A stretch of DNA of 62,441 nt from assembly GCF_001194135.2 (NCBI RefSeq), contig NC_068990.1, positions 18,124,637 through 18,187,077 of the forward strand. The letters run 5' to 3'. The stretch is from Octopus bimaculoides (lineage: Eukaryota). A model generated the notes under the pieces. It ran no database searches. It was not told the DNA's origin and was given only the letters and a program-made list of their open reading frames with translations. Below are positions 51,008 through 62,441 of the stretch, in pieces. A program made the translations under genes and the position numbers. Position 1 is the first letter of the stretch. Every line of letters starts with the position of its first letter.

Positions 51008-51705
51008 AACGTGTGTATGTCTATGCCTGTGTTTCTGTTGCTTATGGTGTTTTTCTTACGTCTAGTCGAACTGAGATCGATAAAATCGTCTGAAGTATGT
51101 ATTGATGTCGATATGATGGACTAAAGCTTTGAAGACGGTATCTTCACATGACTGAAACATTATTAAAATAAAAAGAATATATTTAAAACAATAATATTAG
51201 AAAAAATATAACACACTACAGCAAATTCGCTTACGGTCAACGTTACTACCATTGTCACTTGCTACTATGTCAGGTCATATACTGCGGCACTATCCTATGA
51301 TGAGTTCGTCAGAGCACCTTTCGTCTAGCTTTCTTGTTACTTCTGGAGGTTTGAAGACCAAACACGCACCTAGGTATTTCCTAAAACTATCAATCAAACA
51401 AACTTTGTGTTGCTTATAGTATACTACTTCCTATATATGTTCCTTTGAACGTACCTTTTGGTCTTAGTGAATCAGAAATATGTCGTCTTGTTACTAAGTC
51501 GGTCTTGAATAAATGCCTCAAGGCATCACTTCTGTCGTTGACTGGCCTCCACCCATGTCTAAAACGTCGTTTCGATTTATAATTCAAGCAAAGGAATTGT
51601 TCCAAATTTTGTCAAAACTGTTAATAATGTGGTTTGCCTTCAATAATATCAACCCCAATACTCAGATTATTTTATCTATCCCTGTCTATGGAAGGGCTCA
51701 GTATA

Positions 51706-52495
51706 TACGGTGTGCGATGGGTAAATTGTCGCTAGTTTATACTTTTAATTTCGCGCATGCCCATTGTTTGTTTTTCATTTTGTATAGTATGGTGAGTTGG
51801 GAACCGTCTGTGAGAAAAACAGCAACATGACGCAATTCACTCTGTCAGGAATAGAGAAACGGCATGCTGTACTACTTGGCATTCGCGCCGAGAATGATAA
51901 AAATGAAACATTTAGTCAACATCATGGTGTTTAGAGTGATCACTAGTGATGGTGACATTATGCATCCATTCATCTTCTCACAGTCTCACACTCAACAGGG
52001 AGGCCTACATCAAGTGCCTGGAGGAGGTAGTGCTGCCTTGGCTGCTGGAAGACCCTGTGTCTGGCAACAAGACTCTGCACCATGCCATGCAAGCAGGAGA
52101 ACCCAGTCATGGATATCAGACAATTTCTGCGACCACATCACCCCTAATATCTGGCCAACTAACTCCTCAGACTGCAACTCCACTGATTATTATATGTGGT
52201 GCGCAGTTAAGCGAGAGACCAACAAAACTCCTTGTAACACTAAGGATGAACTGAGGTCAAGGATTATGGTAGCATTCATCAACTTAAACAGGAGACAGTC
52301 AAGAAGTTTTGCAGGAGATTCCGAAGTCGTCTGAGGGCTGCAGTTGAAGCCAATGGTGATTTTATTGAATAAATTTATTCTTTGGTATTTAAAGATATTT
52401 TTATGGAATTTTGTTAAATATATCTGTTAAAATGAGATGTCAATGTTATTTTCATTTTTGCATAATTTAGACGAAAGTTTATTCACCGCACCCTA
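51706..52495 (+). mobile_element. DD37D (maT/Bmmar1-like) Tc1-mariner element, internally deleted
   Basis: Imperfect TIRs; MTQFTLSGIEKRHAVLLGIRA joined to IMVF.VITSDG; QQDSAPCH..WPTNSSDCNSTDY with 37 residues between the last two Asp. Confidence 0.88.
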
Positions 52496-52605
52496 TGTAT
52501 GTATGTATGTATGTATGTATGTATGTATGTATGTATGTATGTATGTATGTATGTGTATGTGCATGTACGTGTATGTGTATGTGCATGTACGTGTGCGTGC
52601 ATGTA
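52496..52605. repeat. (ATGT)n microsatellite
   Basis: Direct sequence. Confidence 0.9.
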
Positions 52606-54669
52606 TTTATGAATAATTTTCTTGAAACAAGTAATATCAGTTAAAAGAAAAAATCGATGCTGATGTAGAGTATTGTATAATATTAATGAAATATCGCACG
52701 CTTGCAGTAAAACATATAATCCGAAGAAACTAGCGGCAAGTTGTGTCGCTGATACGATGTCAAACATGCAAGTTCTTACCACAGACTATTATATGTTTCT
52801 CGTTAGCAAACTTTGATACATTCTTTTGAAGGATATTTTTTTGTCTTTATAATTCTGACTCGCTGTGTGATCTAGATTTTCATTTCTTTACATTCCTTAC
52901 ATACTTTTAATTCGTACATCTCTTGTCATTCCTTGTTGGTCTCTGTTTAGTGAAAATCATACTCTGGCATCTACACTTACTTCATACAAGGTTTTATATC
53001 TGAGTCAGTGTTATAGTGTATGTCCTTTAATCCGTCATCCTCATTAATCTACATTCTCACTGATATTCTACTTTAAGTGGCTTGGTTCATCACTTATAAA
53101 AGACTATACAGGACTACTTTATCTAATGTAATATTTTTCAATACAGTAGATGTGTGAATTGAGGGAGAATGTAGCTGCTACGTTTAGAAGGCCATGTATC
53201 AACATAGAGTAACTATCTTTCATAGGTGGAGGTTAATTAAAAACGAAAAATCGTCGAGCCTTTTTTGTATAGTGAAAAGGTATGCTGTGTAGTGCACCCT
53301 TCAATAACGGTATTGAATATACTATCTCTTATGTTGTTCCTTGTCCAGAAATAAAGTCAATGCTTCCCTTCTACGAAGCATGAAAATTAACTTTAAAGGA
53401 ATAATTCTTAATTTCTTAAAATGATCATAGCCATTTGTTTCAATTAAAAAGGTAAATTCAATTAACTAATAATTATTTAAAGAGTCATTTCAGGATATTC
53501 TCTCTTAATCCTACCTCATAGTCATCCTATTGGCTCGTCTGCGCTAATTCATTTAGCTCATTATAGTGTTTCATTGGATAAATTATATCGTAAAAAAATC
53601 ATTCTATATTTAAAAATCTATGTGAGCATATACTCCAAGCTCGGACAGATTTTTGCTATGCTGATGACATGTCCTTAGTTTTGGTCCGTTACCTCGGTAA
53701 ACAAAGATAAAACTTCTTTTCCTCAAACTATGTAAGTCAGATTTGAAATATTAAAAGATTCTTTGAAATGATCACCCCTTTCTCTGAGAACCGTTAACAA
53801 TTAAAGTTAAGTTTTTGTATTCTTTCTCTGACTATGACGGTTTTTTAATTATTTTCTTTCCCTTTTTTTACACGGTATACAGACTATTTCTGGGCAACTT
53901 GTATTTCTGAAGTTAATTAGCAAATTTCGTGCATTCAGGTAAATTCATTCATCCAAATTGTTATATTAGTACTTTAATTGTTCAATGAATGAATTTATTA
54001 TGCTGCCACTTTGAGGTTGTGGTGTCTTTACGATGATTAGTATTGTTTAGCGTGTTAATTAAATTGTTGTTGCTCTTGGTGTTAAAGAATTTTGCATTGC
54101 TAGAAATCAGGCACTTATCGTTTAGCTTTTTTATGGTATGTAATTAAATAGAACTAGTTTTGAAAGTTATCGCAATGTACGCTTTTTCAAATTATCATCC
54201 TTAGATCTCTTTCATCAGTTTTATATCTAGTTCATTTAATTTCTTAGTAGACAAATGGTTTAACATTTCTAATTTGTTTGAAGTGTAAGTGATTAAGTTC
54301 ACAATTCAATTTCTGTGGTTTCTTTTTTATGGATTAGTTTTGATAAATACTACCTAATTACCTTGTGGTATTGTGGACTGTTGTCGCTTCAACAAATGAG
54401 GGTTCAACAAGACGTAGCTGTGATGGTGTCTTGGTTTACTGATTAACCTGCACGATGAATATTATTATAGTGAGTATGATTTGTGCTGAGACAGTCTCAC
54501 TCTCTTATCCTTCAAAGCAGTAATGGTCTACTATAAAACTCGCCATGAGCCCAGTAGTTATCAGGCTGCAGGATTTGATTGGAGTTTCTTTAGATGAGCA
54601 GCTAAAGTGCTAAAGACCTCAAATGCTTTGGGTTCTTTTGGGTGTCTGTTATGGACTGTATTCCTTGTG

Positions 54670-55047
54670 TTATAGGATAATATTAGTTTAGAATGTTGGC
54701 ACAAGTTTTGGGGAAGAGGTGAAGTCGATTACATGGACCCCAATACTATACTAGCACTTATTTTATCGACCCTCGTGGAATTTTAACTCAGAATTTAAAG
54801 ACGCACGGAATACCGCTAAACATTTTGTCCGATGCGCTAACTATTCTGCCAGCTCGTCGCGTTATTACAGGATAATATTGGTTTAAAATGTTGGCACAAA
54901 ACCAGCAATTTCGGGGGAACGGGTAAGTCGATTATATCGTCCGGCAAAGTCGACCTCTGCTACATTTCAACTCAGAGCGTAAAGAAGGACGAAATGCAGC
55001 TAAGCTTTTCCCCCGGCGTGCTAACATTTCTGTCAGTTCGCCGCCTT
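54670..55047 (-). mobile_element. Two head-to-tail S3 SINE copies
   Basis: Units 54670-54860 and 54868-55047 both begin TTA(T/C)AGGATAATATT(A/G)GTTTA(G/A)AATGTTGGCACAA. Confidence 0.85.
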
Positions 55048-55611
55048 CACAATCTGTAGTAATACTCTAATACATAATATTAAGTGGGTGGAACGAGCAA
55101 GACCGTATTGTAAGTGGATACGGCATAGTAATGTATGAGTGGTAAAATGTATGAAAATTAACGGATAGAAAAGAAAGATGACATGCATATGTAGGCGTTT
55201 AACAACGCATCTCTGTTGGAAGTGGGTTAAGGAATATCAAGTCGGCTATTGACACCAGCTGGGTTATGTTAAGTGCCGTTTCCTGTGTAATTACTTTATT
55301 TTCAAGAATCGTTGCTTTCAGTTTAACATGGATGCTGTATGTTTCTTGTTTTTATTGCTGCCGGTCTTGTTCGAGCTGTCTTATGTAGTTGTGGCTGCTG
55401 TTGATGTTATTTTTGTTGCTGTTGTTGCTGCTAATTCAAACGTATCGATGGTTCTCCCTCCTTTTTCATGCCAGGAGATTGGCACAAATTAAATTTTGCA
55501 ATAAAAATTTACACAGGGTCAAGTGGTCACCAGCTGAGCAGGTCACACCAAGACTAGAATAACACCGTGGACAGAGACAACAATGACATGATTTCCCCCT
55601 TAGTATATAGG

Positions 55612-55653
<42 letters not shown>

Positions 55654-55869
55654 TTAAGCAGAGTTAGCGGTTGTAGTAACCAACTAAGGGATAATAGTAT
55701 CCGTAATTACTATCGGTATCAATTACCTGTGTTATCCCTGGGCATGGGTATGCACCCACACTATGCTAATGGGGTACAGGTAACAACAAAATCAACAAAA
55801 GTTTATCAGGAATCATCAAATTTAAATAAACAGAAAATAGAAGAGACTTTTGATCAGCAAACAAAGAAA

Positions 55870-56140
55870 TTGAACCACATCGGTAGATTATTTATTAATA
55901 CATAACATTTCTTACAGACGTTTCTGCTTCCAGTGTTAGTTGGTGTTTACGAAAGAAATTCCGAAAATAATATTCGTCATCTTCATAGCACATTCGATAT
56001 AGTACATGAAGCTTCATCAGAGTGAATACGAATGCGTAAAATAAAATAAAATAAACGAAGGGAAGAGGGAATAGGAAAGAACAGGGCTTCGAGAAGAGGC
56101 CAGAAGGTGCATATATTAAAATCATACCATATTGCAGCGT
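55870..56140 (-). mobile_element. Penelope-like pLTR remnant with a degenerate hammerhead
   Basis: Minus strand CT-CTGATGA(56020-56014)-A-GCTTC..long loop..GAAGC-A-GAAAC GTCT GTA AG, followed by AATAAA. Confidence 0.5.
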
Positions 56141-56202
56141 ATACATACATACATACATACATACATATACACATATACAGGATGCGGTGAATAAACTTTC
56201 TT

Positions 56203-56405
56203 GTCAATTTCCTAGATGTATCCTTAGATCTAAATAAGAATATTTATAAACCTTATAGGAAGTCCAACAATAGACTTAGTTATATTAATGTGGGTTCCTG
56301 CCATCCCCCCATAGTGCTTAAAAATTTAATAAAAAACATTAGCAAAAGAATTTCTAGCCTCTCCTTCGATAGGGACATTTTTGATAGCGTTGCCCCAGTA
56401 TATAA
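56203..56405 (+). mobile_element. Penelope-like element RT thumb-domain fragment
   Basis: Uninterrupted VNFLDVSLDLNKNIYKPYRKSNNRLSYINVGSCHPPIVLKNLIKNISKRISSLS..IFDSVAPVY, matching the PLE pattern NFLDV.L..YKPY.K..Y....S.HP. Confidence 0.85.
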
Positions 56406-56640
56406 GCTTAGTACTTATTCTATCGTACTCTTTTGCCGAACCGCTACATTACGTGGATGTAAACACACTAGCAGTAGTTCTCAAGTGGTGTTGCCCCTCC
56501 ACACACACATATACAATGGATGTCTTTCAGTTTCCATCTACTAAATCCACTCACAGGGCTTCAGTCGCCCCGCGGCTATAGTAAAAGACACATGCCCAAG
56601 GTGCCACGCCATGGGACTGAAACCAGAACAGCGCCTACGT
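56405..56640 (-). mobile_element. SINE S1, partly deleted
   Basis: CCCAAGGTGCCACGCCATGGGACTGAAACC reverse head; GTACTTATTCTATCG. Confidence 0.85.
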
Positions 56641-57099
56641 TTATAAATATGCTACACATTATCTCGTATCTTACAGAATATGTACCTTTACTCCTGAAAA
56701 AAGCAGTTTCTTCCCCCAGTCACCTTCTATCCGATACTTTAGCACGTTGTGTCTCTGATCCTTCGGTCAGAGATTGGTTTACTTTTTACCCTTCGAATAT
56801 CTTCTACATTGTCAAAGTAAAACCGCTCGAAGCGTCGGTATAACTTTCTTTACTTATCTCCAAACCATATCTTTCACTTTGTAGTTCTTCGTGTAATTTT
56901 TGTTGTTGGAGTATTATTTATTTGTTTCCTCTTTGGATATCATTGATAAATATTCTCAAACTGTAAAAAAAAAAGAAAAAATACAGAAAAGCAAAACAAA
57001 AAAAAAGATTGAAAAGCTGCTAGAATTATAATATTCTGAGATATTTTGAAATATTTCACGTCAGGTGGCTGTTTTTATTTATGGAAATAACTATTTAAA

Positions 57100-57621
57100 T
57101 ATGCGTGTATTCACATACATACATACATACATACATACATACATACATACACACACATACACAAATACACATACATACAAACATACATACATGCATATAT
57201 ATGTATACATGAATATATATTACGTGTGCGTATACAATATAAAAAATATATATGTANNNNNNNNNNNNNNNNNNNNNNNNNNNNNNNNNNNNNNNNNNNN
57301 NNNNNNNNNNNNNNNNNNNNNNNNNNNNNNNNNNNNNNNNNNNNNNNNNNNNNNNNNNNNNNNNNNNNNNNNNNNNNNNNNNNNNNNNNNNNNNNNNNNN
57401 NNNNNNNNNNNNNNNNNNNNNNNNGATGCACATATATAAATGCATATAGATATTAGCCATAGATATCACACCATATGCAGTAAACGGTATGTGTATATTC
57501 TTATAAGTACTCACATCTGTCATTTTGTACACATTGTATATACATTCGTACACACATTCATCACTCTCTATTTCGCCAGTCCTCGTATACACAAGCATAT
57601 GCACAATACACACATACAAAG

Positions 57622-57678
<57 letters not shown>

Positions 57679-57816
57679 GCTAGCTAGCTATCTCTATCTA
57701 TCTATCTATCTATCTATCTCAGGGAAATATTTTTATGCGAAAACATACCATCACATCCATTCACACACTCAGACTGCTCACACACACCATATACATACAT
57801 TCCTAGATATACACAT

Positions 57817-57909
<93 letters not shown>

Positions 57910-57950
57910 CAAACACACACACAAACACACATAGACACACACACAAACGT
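57100..57950. repeat. (ACAT)n, gap, (TATC)n and (CA)n clusters
   Basis: Direct sequence. Confidence 0.9.
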
Positions 57951-58367
57951 CTCTTAGATACGTTTACTACTGTTTTGAGATGGTAGCATTGTTATGTATA
58001 ATACCATTAAAACTTTTTAAACGTTTTTACATATTAGATTTCCCCAGACGACAAGCTTCTAGTTTCACTGTTCAGCATCATAAGCTTTGAAACTTATACA
58101 AGTGACATTTTTTTTAATGATAAATATGACTGATTGCTTCACTTCGAATATCGCTGCTTTTAGCCGATGTGCAGAAACGATGTATTGTTAATAAGCTATT
58201 TAGTATAGAATTGAAATTTCAATGCCACATTATATATTTTATTGTTGAGTTATTGACTTGTATAAAGTAGAGGTGTGTCAGTGAGAAAATAATATGGCTT
58301 TGTAAAATAGCCTGAGAGCATTTATATTTGGACATTATAGTGTTTATTGCTTCTAGATGAAGTTCTT

Positions 58368-58369
58368 AC

Positions 58370-58417
<48 letters not shown>
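58368..58417. repeat. (ATT)n microsatellite
   Basis: Direct sequence. Confidence 0.95.
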
Positions 58418-58621
58418 GACTGTTCGTTTATGTTACCTTAGGCATAATTAAGATGTGTTTTGCTAATTGATAATATAAGAAATAATTACTGATAATTATT
58501 TATTTAATTTTTTTTGTATTCCAACTCGCATATCTTAAAATTGCTTCTCATCGTCCGTCTGAGATCGAAGAAAATATTCATAGGAATATATTAGATTATA
58601 TTCAGTCTACTTGGAATGTAG

Positions 58622-58890
58622 AAGACCAGTCTCCTCCGCTGCTCCACTGACACAAATATATGGGAGAAAATCACCAAGGATCATCTAAAGTGGCGGTGTG
58701 GCATCATCGAGGAAACGGTCCAGATGGACAATAATAGACGACAAGAGGCAAAGATCAGACGTCGAAGATGAAAATAACGATTCGCACTTCCTCGTTCCCC
58801 GCCAACCCTCTCCTGCTAAATAATGCCTCCGGCTCTTCTATATCGTCCTTGGCCTGAACAGCCACTTCAGACATCGGCACCCTTTCCATC
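58622..58890 (+). mobile_element. RTE-clade LINE 3' end
   Basis: KTSLLRCSTDTNIWEKITKDHLKWR..RRQEAKIRRRR..PTLSC / CLRLFYIVLGLNSHFRHRH (terminal C..C.R.F....GL.SH.R.H motif). Confidence 0.8.
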
Positions 58891-59129
58891 CATCAAGATG
58901 AAGAGGCTGAATCACTCGCTACAGATTAACTACGCGGATACAAGTTAATACCGATGACAACGATTCAGTCTATTTGGGATTTACAATGGCCTTGTGCTAG
59001 ATTTAGTAATGTTTACATAAGCATTATATCGAAAGTAATTCAAAAGTGGCATAACATTTTTATTAAGTGGCATAGCTTATTCATATCGGACGTGTTAGTA
59101 GAGTAACGCTTTATTCAAAGTTACAACTC

Positions 59130-59390
59130 GTCATATTCTTCATCACAAAAGATATTTTTCTCCATCGTTGACTCCAATTTTCAATCCTCTCTAAAACGTT
59201 CAATTGCATACTCTTGTACCCACATTTTCAGAGTTAGTTTGACCCTGTCCATATCAAATCGTTGACCCGAGAACTGTCTGTCCTTCATTGAACCGTACAG
59301 ATGAAAGTCGAAGAATGCCAGATCTGAGTTGCATGGTGCAAAGGCGAGCACCAACTGGCCTAATATTCCAAATATTCCAGCTACGAACAT
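59130..59390 (-). mobile_element. Mariner transposase C-terminal remnant
   Basis: APCNSDLAFFDFHLYGSMKD..GQRF resembles PPYSPDLAPSDFHLFG.LK...G.RF. Confidence 0.7.
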
Positions 59391-60929
59391 TTTATCTCCT
59401 TAGACGTCTTTAGGAATTCTTATTCAATATGTCCTTTCTATTCCTAAGATGGTAAAGTGTGATTTCAAAATGACATTGCTGCTGTTTCTAGAGAAGCACG
59501 CTCATTGGCTCGTGTGGATGTATACATGCCATTGATATTTCAATGACACTTAGTCGCTATATTTCTCTTTCAATTTTCTCCGAGATCTCCTTCATTTGCG
59601 TTCATTATGGATTCAATAAGATATGTGCAAATAATGGGTGGTATTTGAAAGTTTGATATTTTTCTCATGTAATAAGGGACATCTACAGAGTATAGTTGAT
59701 TAGTGGATCTCCATCACTTTCTGTTGAGGATTTAGTTATTTGATGAAGTGAATTATTTTCACCTGAATTAATGTTTTAGTAGTTGATTATTACACAGACA
59801 CATAATGTTACCATAATTTTCAGGTAGAATCCACGTAACATAGTTTGTGACAAGGATGTATCTTTCGAATTAAATTTACAGTCCACTTGACAGAGTTCTG
59901 TATAGTGTCTACCTACCTAATTTCACTTAGAAGGTATGCGTTGACACAAAACCATACAAAATAGCATTACCCAAGATATCAGGCAGCTGGATCAAACATG
60001 GAATCTCGTTATTTCCAAGCGAACTTCTTAACCATTCAGTCATATTATACCTATTGAGTATATTATAGCTACTATGTAAATATAACTTACTGGTATTGTT
60101 TATTTTGAGCCAATACAGCAAGCCTATACATTTAAAGGAATGATACCTTGGAATTTGAGATGTCCATAGTTTTACGGAGGGTACTTGTGCAATGAAAGGT
60201 AATAGAAACTATGCCAAAGTTTAGATTCTCCATAATTTAAATCTGTTAGATGATACAGAAACAACTTTCTTATACTACGAAAGTTGAACCTGGATAATTG
60301 AGTTTGTGACTTGGATATAATTTATTGATATATCTACTGACTTGATTTATATTCCTTTCAGCATATTGATTTTTTTCACATGTATACGAGTTCACATATT
60401 GTTGTGTAGTAAGCCAGCAGTCGTGTATGCGAGCCCTATTTCTTCAGAAGGATATAAAACAATATCAGTCTCACGTGGGATCGAAATCAGAATGTAAGAG
60501 AACGTAGATATATTGCAGAAGCCATTTTCTCCACCGCTCTCCTAAGTTTGCCAATCCTTCGCCTTCAATGAAACATTCATACTAAGAAAGACATGAATGT
60601 CACACAATTCAATTTTCAATCCAATATAAATGCCTGTGGGCCTTTTTCCTTATGTTCGAAATCAATATTATAGTGATAAACCAATAAACATCCAGGAACA
60701 TTCGAGAATGCTTTTATGTGAGTAGAAAAATGACAAATGACAAATGGCATTTCCAGTTCCTTCGCTGGATATAAACTGTAAATACATTCAAATACATTAC
60801 GACATAATTCTCTCACAGTAGATAATGGAAAGATTTCGGAAAGACACATTGATTAAGTTGTGTTTGAAACTTTAAAAAGTGTGTAGCGATTAGTGACATT
60901 TGCGTGTATATTATTAATACTGATTTAAG

Positions 60930-61110
60930 GGCGATGGACGGCAGAGTAGGAAGCGTGCTGAACAAATTGCATGAAAGCATTTCATTACGTCACACAACGT
61001 TCTGAGTTTAAAACCTGTTTCCTGGGTCGACTTTATTTTCATACATCCTGGGTCAATAGAATAAGTGTCAGTTTTATAGCGAAAGTCAATTTGTATTGAT
61101 TTTTAACGTA
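60930..61110 (+). mobile_element. Degenerate SINE S3
   Basis: GGCGATGGACGGCAGA..ACGTTCTGAGTT..GTCGACTTT. Confidence 0.65.
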
Positions 61111-61279
61111 AAATTGGATTATTAATGCAACATTTATTAAAGGGCCTTTTAATGTAGGCATTTGATATACTAGAAAATGTTGTCATAACTACCTCGAATT
61201 GCACAATATTAAAGAGGGAGAATGTTGGACAATGTGGTCAGTTTGAAAGACAGATAACGCGATGATCAATGTTGTATAG

Positions 61280-61492
61280 TTTTTACTTATTTCAGTCGTT
61301 AGGTTGCGGCAGCGCTTTGGTACCGTCTTGAAGAATTTTAGTCGAAAGAATCGACCGTAGTACATTTTTTTAAAGCCTGATACTTATTCTACGAGTCTCT
61401 TAACAGAACCGCTAAATTACGGCGTCATAAATACACTAACACCAGTTATCAAGCGATGATGCGGGACAAACACAAACACACACATACACACA
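61280..61492 (-). mobile_element. SINE S1 3' half
   Basis: TTTTACTTATTTCAGTC..GATACTTATTCTAC..GAACCGCTAAATTACG. Confidence 0.75.
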
Positions 61493-61496
61493 CGAT

Positions 61497-61579
<83 letters not shown>

Positions 61580-61668
61580 CAAAATAATTGAGATTCAGAT
61601 GAATTAGTTACTAAAGTTGAAGCATCAAAAATTAGTGCAGTATTAATCGTACAACTTCAAATAAGGTA

Positions 61669-61870
61669 AATAAAATCAAAATAAACAACAGGATATCCAG
61701 AGGTGATGTAGTACGACTAATTAAATAATTTCTATTTATTTATTTATGCAGCTGAATATAGCCCTGCATTTAAATTGATCTAATGTTTGCATTGTTCAAT
61801 TAAATGGAGCCGCTTCAAACGGTCGCATTGTATTACCTCTGGATAGCCTGTTGCTTATTTTGATTTTATT
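61669..61870. mobile_element. MITE with about 50-bp TIRs
   Basis: AATAAAATCAAAATAAACAACAGGATATCCAGAGGT versus ACCTCTGGATAGCCTGTTGCTTATTTTGATTTTATT. Confidence 0.8.
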
Positions 61871-61875
61871 TTGAT

Positions 61876-62030
61876 AATGCTTAGCGGCATTTCGTCTGTC
61901 TTCACGTTCTTAGTTCAAATTCCGCCGAAGTCGACTTTGCTTTTCATGCTTTCTAGGTCGATAAAATAAGACGCAGTTGAGTATTGGGGCTCCGAAATTA
62001 CTGGACTTGTGCCAAAATTTGAAACCAATA
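61876..62030 (+). mobile_element. SINE S3, 5'-truncated
   Basis: ATGCTTAGCGGCATTTCGTCTG..GTTCAAATTCCGCCGAAGTCGACTTTGC. Confidence 0.85.
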
Positions 62031-62441
62031 TAAAGTAGTGGATAAAGTAATCATTAGAATGACAGGCAAAATAATCTGAAGCTATACGAACCAATGAGGA
62101 AACAACTTATTCACATTCGATCGACTTGTTAAGAATAGTAGCCAAATATTTTTGAAATCAGATCACTTGCAACAATTATGGAAACAACATTTAGTATAAC
62201 TATATTGATCGGAAAAGATCATGAAAAATGGATGCTTTGGTGTTCTTTGCAAGATCGTTTCCAGCAAGACACACTTTATTAGGTTGCATACTTCAAAGCT
62301 CTTCTAGTTTGTTTACGTCTTTTCGTGGCTTTTATTCTACGTATCTCACCATCTTACTTGCTATTCATACTTGTTATTCAGTGATTCGGGCGGTGAGATG
62401 ACACAATCGTGAGCTCTGTATATATATATATATATATATAT

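Noticed and set aside
51129-51165. TTGAAGA-C-GGTAT..ATGACT-GAAAC hammerhead-like motif
   Set aside because: Core C3 is missing, helix II is bulged, and helices I and III are absent; too decayed to call.
51294-51400. ATGATGA as a snoRNA box C
   Set aside because: No box D (CTGA) or terminal stem at a suitable distance.
53643-53700. FCYADDMSL..RYLG RT-like peptide
   Set aside because: Too short and isolated; possibly an RT relic but not supportable.
60690-60724. AT|GTGAGT donor with PGTFENAF (LRR-like) peptide
   Set aside because: Eight residues and no good acceptor; likely chance.

Overview
AT-rich, repeat-dominated animal genomic DNA with about 15 N-gaps, almost all flanked by microsatellites. 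The SINE families and microsatellite load resemble an Octopus (cephalopod) draft scaffold; this is inferred from recall, not from a search. I recognise no host protein-coding exon, rRNA, intact tRNA or CRISPR array, and most listed ORFs are translations of simple repeats or gaps. The window holds: (i) at least three tRNA-derived SINE families in many copies; (ii) LINE remnants (a CR1/L2-type element that appears 5'-inverted, RTE, R4/Dong-type RLE, Penelope-like); (iii) Tc1/mariner remnants (a near-full mariner with TIRs, irritans-like pieces, a DD37D deletion derivative); (iv) several fold-back MITEs and a Helentron/HINE-like element; (v) abundant simple repeats. The most interesting signal is a near-intact minimal type I hammerhead ribozyme with a palindromic helix III (minus strand, 46001-46043). 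It lies inside a tRNA-headed SINE whose head is shared with a ribozyme-free sister family. Further hammerhead-like cores occur in Penelope-like contexts at about 1.6 kb, 17.1 kb and 55.9 kb. All motif calls were made by eye, and coordinates of degenerate elements are approximate.
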